From the human T2T-CHM13v2.0 reference genome, Homo sapiens, in NCBI RefSeq assembly GCF_009914755.1, contig NC_060933.1: 64,000 bases of DNA. One strand, 5' to 3'. The notes below the pieces were generated by a model that saw only the letters and a program-made list of their open reading frames with translations, ran no database searches and was not told where the DNA came from. Positions within the stretch are counted from its first letter, which is position 1; every line of letters begins with the position of its first letter. Below are positions 1-14,200 of this stretch, piece by piece. Position numbers and translations under genes: made by a program.

Positions 1-1060
1 CAGGACATAGGCACGGGCAAAGGTTTCATGATGAAGATGCCAAAAGTAATTGCAACGAAAGCAAAAATTGACAAATGGGATGTAATTAAACTTAAGAGCT
101 ACTGCACAGCAAAGGAAATCATCAACAGATTGAGCAGACAACCTACAGAATGAGAGAAAATTTTTGCAAACTATGCATCTGACAAAGGCTTAATATGCAG
201 CATGTATGACGAACTTAAACAAATCTACAAGCAAAAAACAACCCCATTAAAAAGTAAGCAAAGGACATTAACAGACATTTTTCAAAAGAAGACATACACA
301 TGGCCAACAATCACATGAAGAAAAGCTCAACATCATTGTTTATTAGAGAAATGCAAATCAAAACCATAATGGGATACCATTTCACACCAGTCAGAATAGC
401 TGTTACTAAAAAGCCAAAAAATAGCAGATGCTGGTGAGGTTGTGGAAAAAGAGAAATACTTATATAGAATTAGTGGGACTGTGAAATTAGTTCAACCATT
501 GTGGAAGACCATGTGGTGATTCCTCAAAGACCTAAAAACAGAACTAGCCATTACTGGGTATATACTCCCCAAACTATAAATCATTCTATTATAAAGACAC
601 ATGCATATGTTCATTGCAGCACTATTCACAATAGAAAACACATGGAATCAACCTAAATGCCCATCAATGATAGACTAAATAAAGAAAATATGGTACATAT
701 GCATCATGGAATACTGTGTAGCCATAAAAAGAAATGAGATCATGTTCATTACAAGGACATGGATAGATCTGGAGGCCGTTATCCTCATCAAACTAATGCA
801 GGAACAAAAAACCAAATACTGCACATTCTCACTCATAAGTGGGAGCAGAATGATGAACAGTGGACACATCGAGGGGAATAACACACTGGTGTCTGTTGGA
901 GAATGGAGAGTGGGAGGAAGGAGAGGATCAGGAAAAATAACTAATGGTATTAAGCTTAATTCCCGAGTGACAAAATAATCTGTACAACAACCCCCATGAC
1001 ACAAGTTTACCTACATAACAAACCTGTACAGGCACATACATACCTGAACTTAAAAGTTAA
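1..1060 (+). mobile_element. L1PA (older, L1PA10-13-like) ORF2 C-terminus and 3' UTR; begins before the window
   Basis: L1 ORF2 3' sequence (GACAAATGGGA..., AAAAGAAGACATAC) and 3' UTR GGAGGAAGGAGAGGATCAGGAAAAATAACTAATGG...GAACTTAAAAGTTAA; ORFs 675-1004 and 706-978 are L1-derived. Confidence 0.93.
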
Positions 1061-2928
1061 ACACACACATACACACAAAGAACTCTCAGTTTTATACTGT
1101 GTCTGTTGTTAAAGTGTGAACATTGATTGGGAAGGAATGGGGTCCTGAAACTTGGTGTGGGAATGTGTGAGAAGACCCTGATAAAGCTGGGAATATTGAG
1201 CCCTCAAATGCTAATGCGACTTCTTTGCACATGGAAAAGGCCTCTCCACTCTAAGTAAACAGGCACCTACACACTCAGTGGAAGCAGCCTCTCCATTCTG
1301 TCTAAGGGAGTTAATCCTGCATTGCCTGAGGGAACTATAATGGCTTCCCTTGAAGCTACTGCTATATAATGTTGATTCTTCTCAGGACCTATACCTACCA
1401 ATCCTCTTTGCTTCTACCAATAGCTGGACTAAATTATCCACAAGTCTCTAAAAGTGCAGTACAATGTGTAATTCCTTATGAAGTGTGCTATACTCCAAAA
1501 GAATTACTTCAATTTTCCTATTTGTACATAAACTATTAAGGGGAACATATGTGGGAATAGATATTAAGGGTGTGGGATAATGGCAGAAGAACATAAATTT
1601 GTATAAGGCTCTATGTGTTGATAGGGGCTCACTAAGCAGAAACTGTTTTAATGTTGTAACTTAAGGAATTAGAAAGTGCTCTAACAGATTGGTTGATTGG
1701 CTGAATCAACTATCAACATGTTGGCCCACTATGAACGACTTAAAAATATGGGGACTCTTTTGACTTAATGCAAAGGAAAAGGCTTCGAGAATCTGAAATA
1801 CTAGCAGGATTTTTTCATTTAGAAATTACCCACCCAAAGAGAGTCCAAAACACACACCTTTCTCCATGACTATGAGACGGAATTTGAGAAGGGAGCCCCA
1901 GTATCCTTGAAGAGCTCTGCAGTCGGTCTTCTCTGTAGACCAGACCATCTAGTAGAAATGACAATCACTCAATTGGGAAACCTAAATGTGATTGGGAGTA
2001 ATGGTAGAGGCCAAGTGGCAGCACTCAACCACCAGAGGCAAAGTGGGCCTGGTTAGCATAATGGACAGCAGAGTACCAACAGCAATCAGGATAGTCTGAC
2101 TCATACAAACCTGTGGCATTGGCTAGTTGACCACAATATTTCTAGAAGTGAAATAGGTGGAACATCTAATAAATTCTTACTAGAATAAGCAGAAATGTTC
2201 CAGGGTTAGTGAATTAAAGTCTAACTTGAATCATAAAAACAGAGAGTCAAGCAACCTCAAACAATTCCCAGACTTCAGCCAGGTTACAGACCCAAAGTCC
2301 TTGAATAAAGGGAAAGCTGGATCTCCTTGATGGAGAATCTTGGTACACTGTCAAACATTTATACTATTAATCTTCCTTCCAGCCTTCCTCAAGGGATCTA
2401 CAGCCTTACACCAGGGAAACTCAGGGTAACTATGTTTTGAGAAAAAGGAAAGAATCAGAATTTGGGAAAATGCTGGACACTGACTCTGAAATGATACTGA
2501 TTCCAGGATACCCAAAACATAGGATACTCAAAACAGGATACCCAAAACTGTGGTCCAGTTAGACTAACGACTTATGGAGGTCAGGTAATCAATGGAGTTT
2601 TAGCTCAGATCTATCTCACAGTGGGTCCAGTGGGTCCTCAAACTTATCCTGTGGCTCTTCCTCCAGTTCTGAAATGCATAATTGGAATAAAAATACTCAG
2701 GAGCTGGTAGAATTCACATATTAAATCCCCAATGTGTGGAGTGAAGGTTTCTTTGCTGGGAAAGGCCAAGCATAAGTCACTATGACTGCCTGTACCCAGG
2801 AACATAGTAAACCAAAAGAAATACTGCTATCTTTTTAGGATTGTGCCACAATCAAGGATTAGTTTGAAAGATGAAGGGGAGATGACTACACTACATCTCC
2901 TTTCAGCTTCCCTATTTGGCCTGGGCAG

Positions 2929-3290
2929 ATGACAGACAGATCGTGGAAAATGACAGTGATTTATCGTAGACTTAACCAGGTGGTGACTCCAGTTGTAGCT
3001 GCTGTGCCAGATGTGGTTCTATTGCTTGAGAAAATTACCACATCTACTGGTACCTGGTGCAGCTGTCGATCTGGTAAATACACTTTCTCCATCCTTATCA
3101 AGGAAGACCAAAAGAAGCAATTTACATTCAGCCATCAAGGCCAGCAATACAACTTTACTGTCCCACCTCAGGGGTACATCAACTCTCCAGTCATAATTCA
3201 TTTTGCAAAGTTCTTGATCATCTTTCCTCTCCACAAGTTGTCACACTAGTTCATGACACTGATGACATTATCATGATTGGACCTAGTGAG
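2929..3290 (+). pseudogene. Decayed ERVL reverse transcriptase core
   Basis: SWKMTVIYRRLNQVVTPVVAAVPDVV...QGQQYNFTVPPQGYINSP matches ERVL pol; catalytic HYIDDI degraded to HDTDDI (~3252-3269); frameshifted. Confidence 0.9.
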
Positions 3291-4870
3291 TGAGAAATAG
3301 CAACTACTCTAGACTTATTCACAATATATTTGTATGTAACATGGTGAGAAATAAATGTGACTAAAATCTGGAGGCCTTCCACCTTATTGAAGTCTCTATC
3401 GTTAGACTGGTATAGGGCATGTCAAGATATTCCACCTACGGTGAAGTATAAGTTGTAGCATCTGGCTCCTCACATAATCAGAAAAGAAGCTCAATGCCTT
3501 ATAGGCCTCATTTGATTTTGGAGGCAACATATTTCTCTTTTGGGTGTGACACTCTGGCTCATTTACTAAGTGACCTGAAAGGCAGCTAGTTTTGACTGGG
3601 GCCCAGAAAGATAGATATCTAAAACAGGCTGCCATGCAAGCTGCTCTACTACTTGGGCCATATGATACAGCAGATCCAATGATGTTTAAAGTGTCGGTGG
3701 CAGATAAGGATGCTCTTTGTAGCCTTTGACAGGCCCCTATATGTGAACAGCAGCTCAGTATTTTAGGATTTTGGAAAAAAGCCCTGTAATCCTCTGCACA
3801 CAACTATTCTTTTTTTAAGAGAAAGAACTCGGCCTGCTACTAGGCCTTAGTAGAGACTAATGCTTATCCATGTCAACAAGTTACCATGCAATGTGAACTG
3901 TCCATCATGAACTGGGTGTTATCTGACCCACTAAGTCATTAAGTTGGGCATGCACAGAAGCACTCCAACATCAAATGAAAATGGTACATATGTGATAGAG
4001 ACCAGGAAGGCTCTAAAAGCACAAGTATGTTACGTGAAGGAGTGGTTTAAATGCCCAAGGTCCCCACTCCTCCTGCTACACTACATTTCCTCTCCCAGCC
4101 TGCACCTGTGGTCTCATGGAGAGTCCCTTATGATCAGCTGACAGAAGAAGAGAAGACTTGGGCCTGTTTTACAGGTATCTCTGCAGGATATTTAGATACT
4201 ATCCTAACATGTACAACTAATTAATTGCAGTTCTTTTTTGGGACGTCCCTGAAGAACAGTAGTAAAGGGAAATTCTCCTACTGGAAAAAACTTCAGGAAG
4301 AGCACATAGCTCCTTACTTTGCTTAGAAAAAGAAATGACCAGATGTGCCATTATATACCAAAATTTATAGGCTGTGGCCAATGGCTTGGCTGGATGGTCA
4401 GTAACTTAGAAGGAATATAGTTGGAAAATTGGTCAAAAATTTGAGGAAGAGATAGGTGAATAGAACTTTCTGAGTAGACAAAACTGTTATTGTGTCCATC
4501 TGAATGCTCATTAAAAAGTGATTTCAGCAAAGGAGGATTTTAATAAGGAAGTGAACAAGTTCATTTCTTCTGCAAATAACAGTCATCTTCTTTTCTTAGA
4601 TACTCCTGCCACTGACAAAATGTGTTATGAACAATGGCCATGGTGGCAAAGATTAGCATGGGCTCAATGACATATCCTTTGACTTGTCAAGGCTGAGCTG
4701 GCAGCAAAGTCCAACATAAAATTCATGATATGGCACCATTTTGAGGGGCTGATCAGTCATCTACCTGGTGGCAGTTTGATTACATTGACTGCTTCCTTCA
4801 CAGAAAGGTAGCATTATGTTCTATCTAAAATAGACACTCAAGATACAGATTTTCTGCACACCATTTTTCT

Positions 4871-5155
4871 TTTTTTCCTGAGACAGAGTTTTGCTCTTGT
4901 TGCCCAGGCTGGAGTGCAGTGTCACCATTTCGGCTCACTGCAACCTCCTGGGTTCAACCAATCCTCCTGTCTCAGTCTCCCAAGTAGCTGGGATTACAGG
5001 CACCAGTCACCATGCCCAGCTAATTTTTGTATTTTTAGTAGAGACAGGTTTCACCATGCTTATCAGGCTGGTCTCGAATTCCTGACCTCAGGTTATCCGC
5101 CTGCCTTGGCCTCCCAAAGTCCTAGAATTACAGGCGTGAGCCACAGTGCCCAGGC
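4871..5155 (-). mobile_element. AluS
   Basis: Poly-T then reverse-complement Alu dimer (GAGACAGAG...CCCAGGCTGGAGTGCAGTG...GTGAGCCAC). Confidence 0.95.
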
Positions 5156-5466
<311 letters not shown>

Positions 5467-5971
5467 TAGAATACCTTTTTACTCTCATGGTATAATGCAC
5501 AGCACTGATTTTGATCAAGGAACTAACTTTTATGTATAATCCATACACTATCAGCAACAAAATCCCTTTCATCTTAGTAGCTTTCATTACATAACAACCT
5601 ACATTCTATAATAATCAGTTGTAATAATTAAAGTGACTCATTGCACGAACTCACACGTATTCAATCACTTCATATGATTTTGGAGGGAGCGATAAATGTC
5701 CTGGAGGGGTGGAGTGTGTATATTCATATTAATTGTGTATCTGTCATCATTATGATAAATTATAGGTGGTTATTTTTTTTGAAACTTGTTGTTAATTCAT
5801 GGATGTAAATAACTCAAAAAGATATGCATTTAAATAACAGATTGCGTAAAAAGTAAGAACCATTCTATGCTGTATTGAAGATACCAAGTTTTAATATAAA
5901 ATATGTATGTTAGTGGTAGGAGATTAGAAAAAGATTTAGTATGCACACACTAATTTAAAAAAAGGAATATT

Positions 5972-6907
5972 ATACGGTAAGCAGCCTTTGAGGTGTCCCA
6001 CAAATGTTTCCCAACTTGTATTTATGTTCTTGTTTCATACCCCCCATTTGGGATTGACTTATTGACTCTTTTCTAATACAAGCAATATAGCAGAAGTAAT
6101 CAGATGCCACTTCTTAGATTAGGTTATAAAACAAGTGTGGTTTCCATTTCGAGTGTTTGCTCTTTCTTGCTGTCTCAAGGTATTCAGGTGCCATGTTGTG
6201 CTCTTTCCTCTGGAGTGTCCCAAATGGTAAGAAACTGAAGGAAAACCTAGCCAACAGCTAGTGAGAAACTGCATACGTCAGTCTATCAACATACAAAAAA
6301 CTGAATCATTCCTCAAATCACAGGAGTTAGTTTGCATGTAGATCCCTGACAAGCTGAGCATTTAGATGAGACCAGAGTCCTGGCCAACAGGTTGATTACA
6401 TTCTTATGAGATATCTTGAAATGGAGTGATGTGGTTTGGATCTGTGTCCCCACTCAAATATCATCTCAAATTGCAATCCCCACGTGTTGAGGGAGGGACC
6501 TGGTGGGAGGTGATTGGATCCTGGGGATGGTTTCTCCTGCTGTTCTCATGATTGATAGTGAATTCTCACGAGATCTGATGGTTTTAAAAGTGGCAGTGTC
6601 CCCTGCACTCTTTCTCCTCCCACCACGTAAGACATGCTTCGCTTTTCTTTCACTTTGCACCATGATTCTAAGTTTCCTGAGGCCTCCTCAGCCATGTGGA
6701 ACTGTGGGTCAATTAAATCTCTTTTGTTTATAAATTATCCAGTCCCAGGTAGTATCTTTAGCAGTGTGAGATCAGACTAATACACAGCGGCATCGACGAA
6801 GCTGTACTTAGTCATCTTCTTTTAGAAAACTGTAAAAACATCAAATATGTTTTCAACCCTTCTAAAATTTTGGGTAGTTTGTTATGCAGCAATAGATAAC
6901 TAATGTA
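5972..6907 (+). mobile_element. MLT1F-like MaLR solo LTR interrupted by an MST/THE1 LTR
   Basis: GATGCCACTTCTTAGATTAGGTTATAAAA and terminal TTTGTTATGCAGCAATAGATAACTAAT. Confidence 0.8.
6427..6784 (+). mobile_element. MSTA/THE1D-like MaLR solo LTR
   Basis: TGATGTGGTTTGGATCTGTGTCCCC...GACTAATACA termini; CTCACGAGATCTGATGGTTTTA core. Confidence 0.92.
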
Positions 6908-7983
6908 CCAGCAAAACACAAACATACAAATAAGAATCTAAGAAATATCACATGATGATAAAAGGGTAAATTCTCTAAAATTATAATAGATATTAATCCT
7001 AAGTATATATGCATCTAAAATATAAGCTATAAATTTATATATTCATAAAATAGAATAGTATTCAGTAATAAAAATATGTTATTATGGATGAATCTCAAAA
7101 GCATCATGGCAAGTAAAAGAAGCCAGACTCAAAAAGATACATACTATATGCTTCCTTTCATAAAATAGTCTGGAAGGGGCAAAACTAAAGGGATAGAGAA
7201 CAGGTTAATGCTTTCCCAGCACTGGGGGAGGGGGGAATTGGAGCTCAGGAGATTAATTATGAAAGGGCAAGAGAGAATATTTCAAGATAATAGAAATATT
7301 CTTTAACTTGAAAATAATAATGGCTATATGAATGCATAAATATATCAAAACTCTTAAAAGTTTATATTCAAAATTGTGAAATCTCCTTTATGAAAATTGT
7401 AGCTTAATAAACTTGACTAAAACCAAAGCAAATATAAAACAATAAGTAGATGATGCCAGCATTGTGTGAACGGTAGATAGTATAAAATATTCATTGTTAT
7501 TACCAAGGGTACTGCATATTCAATGTGTAATTTCCACTATGTTCAGGCTGTAGCCAATAAAAATGAGAAAAGAGTCAAGAGGACACACAAACAAACTTGG
7601 GGCTAATGTTATTAATTTCAATGGAGATAAATAGTCACATAGCCATATATAACTGCAAGAAAAACTTGAAAGAAAATGAAGTCTAGCCATGTTATCTAGA
7701 AGTGAGAGAGAGGATGTGTTGATGGATAGCAGATAATCTCAGCCACAGACAACTATTTGTACTGACAAGGAAAATATTTAGTTAGATAGTCATTAATTTA
7801 ATTTTCATTCCTGAAATCATTTATTTAATTATATAATCTTACATGATTTTCCACTATGTTCCAGGTACCTCAAAAACTTTATTAGTAGAATAAATATTTG
7901 AAGGCTTTTTCCAAGTCTCTTTTTAAAAGGAATTGAAATTTCAAATAACTATATTCTCTCCCTTTCCCACACCGATCTCTAAC

Positions 7984-8036
7984 ATATATATATATATTTT
8001 GTTGTATATATATATAAATATATATATGTATATATA
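7984..8036. repeat. (TA)n-rich simple repeat
   Basis: Directly visible. Confidence 0.85.
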
Positions 8037-8466
8037 CTCAACTGTTTTTCTATCATCTAAAGATAAAAAAGCAAAATGTCAAAATATTATCTGGCTAAAA
8101 TGATATGGGCAATAGTATTTAAAGTATGCCAGTTAACCTCCGTTGTCATAATGAAATATCCATAGTAAAATTTAGCATATAATGAAAATCATCTCATAGC
8201 AACCCAATTTTAAACTACTTTGCATTAAACTAAAAATAAATGTGCAAGATATTTATAGGAAAGCTAATAAAATTTTCTGTAGAACATAAATGAGAATATG
8301 TGAAGAAACAAAAATTATCTGAATAAGACAATATAATTTTAATTATGTTTATTCTCATGAATAAATTTAATGCAAGTCCAGTCATTATTAATTTTTAAAA
8401 ACCCACATATTATGTGGTCCAGCAATTACATTTCCAGGAACCTAGATTACAGAAACTCTTATGCAA

Positions 8467-8470
<4 letters not shown>

Positions 8471-8498
<28 letters not shown>
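8471..8498. repeat. (GT)14 microsatellite
   Basis: Directly visible. Confidence 0.97.
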
Positions 8499-8503
<5 letters not shown>

Positions 8504-8844
8504 AGCAGTTTATTCATTTGTCACAGTGGCTTATTAGAGATATGGTGAAACACATTATGCTACTTCCATTGCATTGAATAACTTACAGCCATTTAAATCA
8601 TCAAATAACAATAGAAAAGGCTACAATATTGCATATACATATATAAATATAAAGAAGGATGCATAGTAAAAATCATTAATTTATTGTACCAACCAAACTA
8701 GTAGGTTTTAGGGGAAGTGAAATTGCACATTATGACTGAGTGAGAAGAAATTTAACTTTTTAACTTACACAGCTAAAATCTGTTAAATGAATCTGTATTG
8801 CCCTTAAAGTTAAAAATACAATATTTGGAAGAAGACACAATGTC

Positions 8845-11269
8845 TGTATTAGTCGGTTATTGTGTTGCTATAAAGATGTTGCTATAAAGAAATACCTGAG
8901 ACCGGGCAATTTAGAAAGCAAAGGAGTTTAATCTACTCACCGTTATGCAAGCTATACAAACATACCATTGGCATCTGCTCGGCTTCTGGAGAGGCCTCAG
9001 GGAGCTTTTACTAATGGTGGAAGGCAAATCTGGAGTAGGCATTTCCCATGGCAAATGCAGAAGCAAGAGAATAGGTGAGGAAGAGCCACATACTTTTAAA
9101 TGACCAGATATTGTGAGACGTAATTCACTATATCTAGCAAAGCACAAAGACATAAGAGTTCCGCCTCCATGACTCAAACAGCTCCTGCCAGGCCCCATCT
9201 CCAACACCGGGGATCTAATTCAACATGAGATTTGATGGGACACATATTTAAACTGTATCATTCTGCTCCTGGCCCCCTAAATTTCATGTCCTTCTCACAT
9301 TGCAAAATACAATTATGCCTTCACAACTGTCCCCTAAAGACTTAATTCATTCCAACATCCACTCAATCAAAAGTCAGAAGTCTAAAGTCTCATCTGAGAA
9401 AAGACAAGTCCTTTCCACCTATGAACTTGTAAAATGAAACAAATTATTTACTCCCAAAATACAATGTAGGCATAGGCATTAGGTAAACATTCCCATTCCA
9501 AAGCAGAGAAATCAGCCAATAGAAAGGTGAAACAGGCCCCATCCAAGTTTGAAATGCAGCAGAGCTGTCATTAATCCTCAAAGTTCCAAAATAATCTCTT
9601 TGATATCATGTTCCACATCAAAAGCACACTGGTGCAAGAAGTGAGCTTCCAAGATTTTGGGAAGCTGCACCTCTGTGGTTTTGCAGGGTTAAGACTGCAT
9701 GGCTACTCTAATAGACTGGAAGTGAGTGGGTGCAGGTTTTCCATGCTGCAATATAAGTTGCCAATGGATCTATCATAATGGGATCTGGAGGACAGCGACC
9801 CCTTCCCATATCTCATTAGGCAGTGCCCCAGTGTGGGGCCTCCAAGCCCACATTTCCCCTCCAAACTGCCCTAGTAGACATTCTCTGTGAAGGCTCTGCC
9901 CTTGGAGTAGGCTTCTTCCTAGATATCCAGGCTTTTTTATACATCCTCTGAAATCTCAGTGGAAGCTTCCAAGCCTCAACTCTTGCACTCTGTGCACCTA
10001 CAGGCTTAACACCATGAGGAAGCTGCTAATGCTTACCGTTTGCATCCTCTAAAGTGGTAGCCTGACCTATACCTGGGCCTTTCTGAGCCAAGGCTGGAGC
10101 TGGAAACTCCAGGATGTGGAGAGTGGTGTCCCATGCCTGCACAAGACAGTGGAGCCCTGGGCCTGGCACACAAAACCATTCAATACTCTTAGGCTTCAGG
10201 GTTTGTGATGGAAGGGGCAGCTGTGAACATCTCTGAAATGCCTCCAAGGGCCTTTTTTTTTTTCTCATTATCTTGATTATTAGCTCTTGGGTCCCTTTGA
10301 CTTAGGAACATTTATCTAGCAAGCACTTTCTCTGCAGCCTGCTTAAATTTCTCTCCCAAAAAGCTTTTTCATTCTCTGTCACATGGCCAGACTGCAGATT
10401 TTACAGCATGAAGTCATTTCTTTGTCACTGCATCTGAGTATAGGCTGTTAGAAGCAGCCAGATTACTTCTTGAATGCTTTGCTGCTTAAAAATTTATTCT
10501 GCCAGATAGCCTAAATCATCCCTCTTAGGTTCAAACTTCCACAGATCCCTAGGGCATGGCATGAACACAATGCAGCCAAGGTCTTTGCTAAGGGATAGTA
10601 ACTGTTGACCCCTGCTTCAGTTCCCAATAATTTCCTCATTTTTATCTGAAACCTCCTCGTCCTGGACTCCACTGTCCATATTACTATCAGCATTTTGTTC
10701 ACAACCATTTCACCAGATTCTAATAAGTTCCAAACTTTCTCTCATCTTTCCATCTTCTGCTCAGCCCTGCAAGCTCTTCCAACCTCTACCTGTTACCCAG
10801 TTCCAATGTTGCCTCCACATTTTCAGGTATCTTTATAGCAATGCCCCATTCCTGGTACCAATTTTCTATATTAGTTTGTTCTTGCATTGCTATAAAGAAA
10901 TACCTGAGACGTGGTAATTTATAAAGAAAAGACGTTTAATTGGCTCATGGTTTTACAGGGTGTACAAGCATGGCACCAGCCTCTTCTTGGCTTCTGGGAG
11001 GCCTCAGGAAGCTTTTACTCATGGCAGAAGGCAAAGCTGGAGTAGTCACGTCCCACGGCAAAAGCAGGAGCAAGAGAGGAGTTGGGAGGAAGCCACACAC
11101 TCTTAAATAACCAGATCTTGTGAGAACTCACTTAATATCTCAAGCGCAGCATAAAGCCATGAGGGATCCAACCCCATAACTCAAACATCTCCCACCAGGC
11201 TCTAGTTCTAACACTGGGGAGTATAATTTAACATGAGGTTTTATGGGGACACATTTTCAAACTATGTTA
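8845..11269 (-). mobile_element. Complete MST (MSTA/MSTB-like) MaLR provirus: LTR 8845-9260, internal 9261-10866, LTR 10867-11269
   Basis: Two homologous ~410-bp LTRs around a ~1.6-kb MaLR internal region; perfect 5-bp TSD ATGTC at 8840-8844 and 11270-11274. Confidence 0.95.
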
Positions 11270-14200
11270 ATGTCAATTATCCATGCACCTATTTAATAAG
11301 TTCTTTTTTAGTTTTCTTCAAGCTAATACTATGAATAAGAAGTCATCACAGTTCAACACCTAAGGTTATATTTTTATGACAACAGAGATGATGAATTAGA
11401 AACCCTTCCTTATTTGATATATAGTTATTTGAGAAAGAATATAGCAAATAAAAAATGCATATTATTTTAAACTTTGTCCCTTTGTAACTAATGCTTGGGC
11501 AGCCAAGAATGGGAGCCTATTATTTTGAGCTACATCAATACTACAGATCACCTAGATAATGTGCCAAAATTAAAAGTCAAGGAGAACAAGCAAGAGGGCT
11601 TTGTTGAGTAGTTAAGTTCTTTCATACCCCTCACATATACTAGATGTATTTACAGTAGTATCATGATCAGGGCTTTATACTAGAACAGGTTCTGCTTGAT
11701 CCATGAAGTCCTAATTGCTTCAGCCCACTGCAGCTCTTAATTTCTTCCGAAAAATTTCAATCTGTCCATGTACTTCTCCAACAAGTATTCTGATTGCAAA
11801 TTAAGGCCAGGAGAAAAGAAAAAGTTTAAAAAAATCAAATGTCTGCAAATGTAAGAAAGAAATGTACTTATAAATAATGACCAAATAATTAATACAGCAC
11901 TAAATAGGCCAAAGGGTATAGTTTACAATATTGACCAATTATTATTTAAATAGTAGATACTGAAAATGGCCAGATGAAATTATATTCTTTAGAAGATAGC
12001 TTCACTCTTAGATTTCCTGCAAGTATAATGCACGTTGATTAAGGTTTGGGATTAACCAAAATACCTTTCCCAGTATGTTTTCTTTGAGATCTAGTGTTGG
12101 CCATGTTGGAGTTATTATACACAATTTAATCAGTATATTTCTGCTAATGTGGTGACATTAGGGACAAGGAACAAGCTCGTGTACCAGACTTTGCTCTGGG
12201 TTTGGAAATATGGAGAAAATTAGGCAATTAACTTAGATTATTGATTTCAAATCTTTCTTATTTTCTACTGCATGTGTTTAATGTTATAAATGTCCATCTA
12301 TGAAGAGTTTTTGTTGCATCTTACACATTTTAAGTTGTATTTTTATTTAGTTTGAAATGTTTTTAAATTTTGAGATTTTTTAATCCAGGTGTTATTTATA
12401 TGTGTTTTGTATAATTCCCAAATAGTTTTAAATTTTACAGTTATGTTTCAGTTTTTCATTCCTGGCTTAATTCCACTGTGGTCTGAGAACATATATTGCA
12501 TGATTCCAATTCTTTTGACTTTGTTGTGTTTTATATTCTGGAATATGATCTTTCTCGGTAAATGTCCCATGAGAGTTTGAGAAGTATGTGTATTCTGCTG
12601 TTGATGATTGGAAGATAATTTTATAAATGTCGATTAGAACACATTGAGTAATAGTTCTGTTCAGGTCAACTATATACTTCCTTATTTTTGACTTACTCGA
12701 TGAAAAAATTACTGAGGTGGGTGGGTTTGAATCTTCAACTATAATTTTATGTTTTTTTCTCTTTGTTTGTCAATTTTTGCCCTTAATTATTTTGATGCTG
12801 TTAAGAGTATATACACTTAAGATTCTAATGCCTTTGTGAAGAACTGACTTATCATTATTTACCTCTTTTTTATTGCTGATAATTTCTTATGAAGACTGAA
12901 TTGTCTGAAATTATTATTATTTCAGTTTTGTTTTGATAATTGTTGGCATGGCATGTCTTACTTTACCCTTTAATTTTGATCTGGCAGAGTCTTTATAAAT
13001 AGGTTGAGTTTCTTGTTAGACCACATGTAGTTGGAAATTGTTATTTTTTAACATTCATTATGGAAAACTTTCTCTTTTAATTGGTGTATTTAAATAATTT
13101 GCATTTAAAGTAATACTAAATTTGATTTAAAATCTACCATATTTGTAACATTTTTCTATTTATTGCTTGAGGTTTTCTGCCTTCTCTTATTTCAATTGAT
13201 CATTTTTATGATCATATTTTATCTCTTCGCTAAGCAGATCAATTATGTCATTTAACAAAAAGCAGTTGATCTAGAATTTATAATATATATTTATAACTAA
13301 TCTATGACCACCTCTAAATAATACTATTATGCTTCAAATTGAGTATTACCAATTATTTTCTTCTTTTTTTTGTGGTATTGCTACCAGTTAACTCACTTTT
13401 TCATATGCTATACTAGCCCAATACATTGTTACTCTTACTAATTTAGATTAATATATTTTGTCTAAAGTCAATTTTTTAAAGTCAAATATATTTTACCTTC
13501 ACTTACTCATTTTCCAGTGCCCTTCTTTTCTTTATGTAGATTCATATTTCTCTCTCATCTATTTTATCTCTGTCTAAATAACTTCTTTTGACTTTCCTGG
13601 AAGGGCAAATGTTTTGGCAATGGATTCACTCAGTTTTTTGTTGTTGTTTAGTTGTTGAGGAAGATTTTTATTTCTCTTTCAATTCTGAAGGTTAATTTCA
13701 CTGCCTATAGAATTATAGATTGGCAGTTTTGTTTCCTGTTATTCTCTTTCAACACTTCAAATATTTTACTACACCTTCCTCTTGCTTTCATAATCTTTCA
13801 TGTAATTTTGATGAAAAGCCTAACATATATCCTATCCTTGCTCCTCTATAGATGTGGTTCCCTGTGTATCCATCAACCCCCAGCTTCCTTTAGGTTTTTG
13901 TCTTTATGTTGATTCATTGTAACTTAAATTTTATCTCATGACTAGATTTAGTTTTTTTGGTGTTTATACTGTTTTGTATTTTCTGAGCTTCTTGGATCTG
14001 TGGTTTGATATCTGTCATTAATTTTGGAAAGTTCTCAGTCATATAACTGATAATGATATTGCAAAGATGACATTTTTATGTATATTTCTTCTTTTTCTGA
14101 TATTTCAATTAGGCGTGTGTCACATTTTTTGAAATAGACCCACAATTTTTGGGTGTTCCATTTATTTTTTGAAGTTTCTATTAATCTGTCTTCAAAAATT

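Larger units (their letters stand above)
5790..7425 (+). mobile_element. Old L1M fragments (endonuclease region 5790-5970 and 6910-7040; 3' UTR 7040-7425) split by an MLT1 LTR
   Basis: Degenerate matches to L1M ORF2 start (ATGATAAAAGGGTAAATTC, TATATGCATCTAA) and L1MC/ME 3' end (ATGGATGAATCTCAAAAGCATCATG...AGAAGCCAGACTC). Confidence 0.65.
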
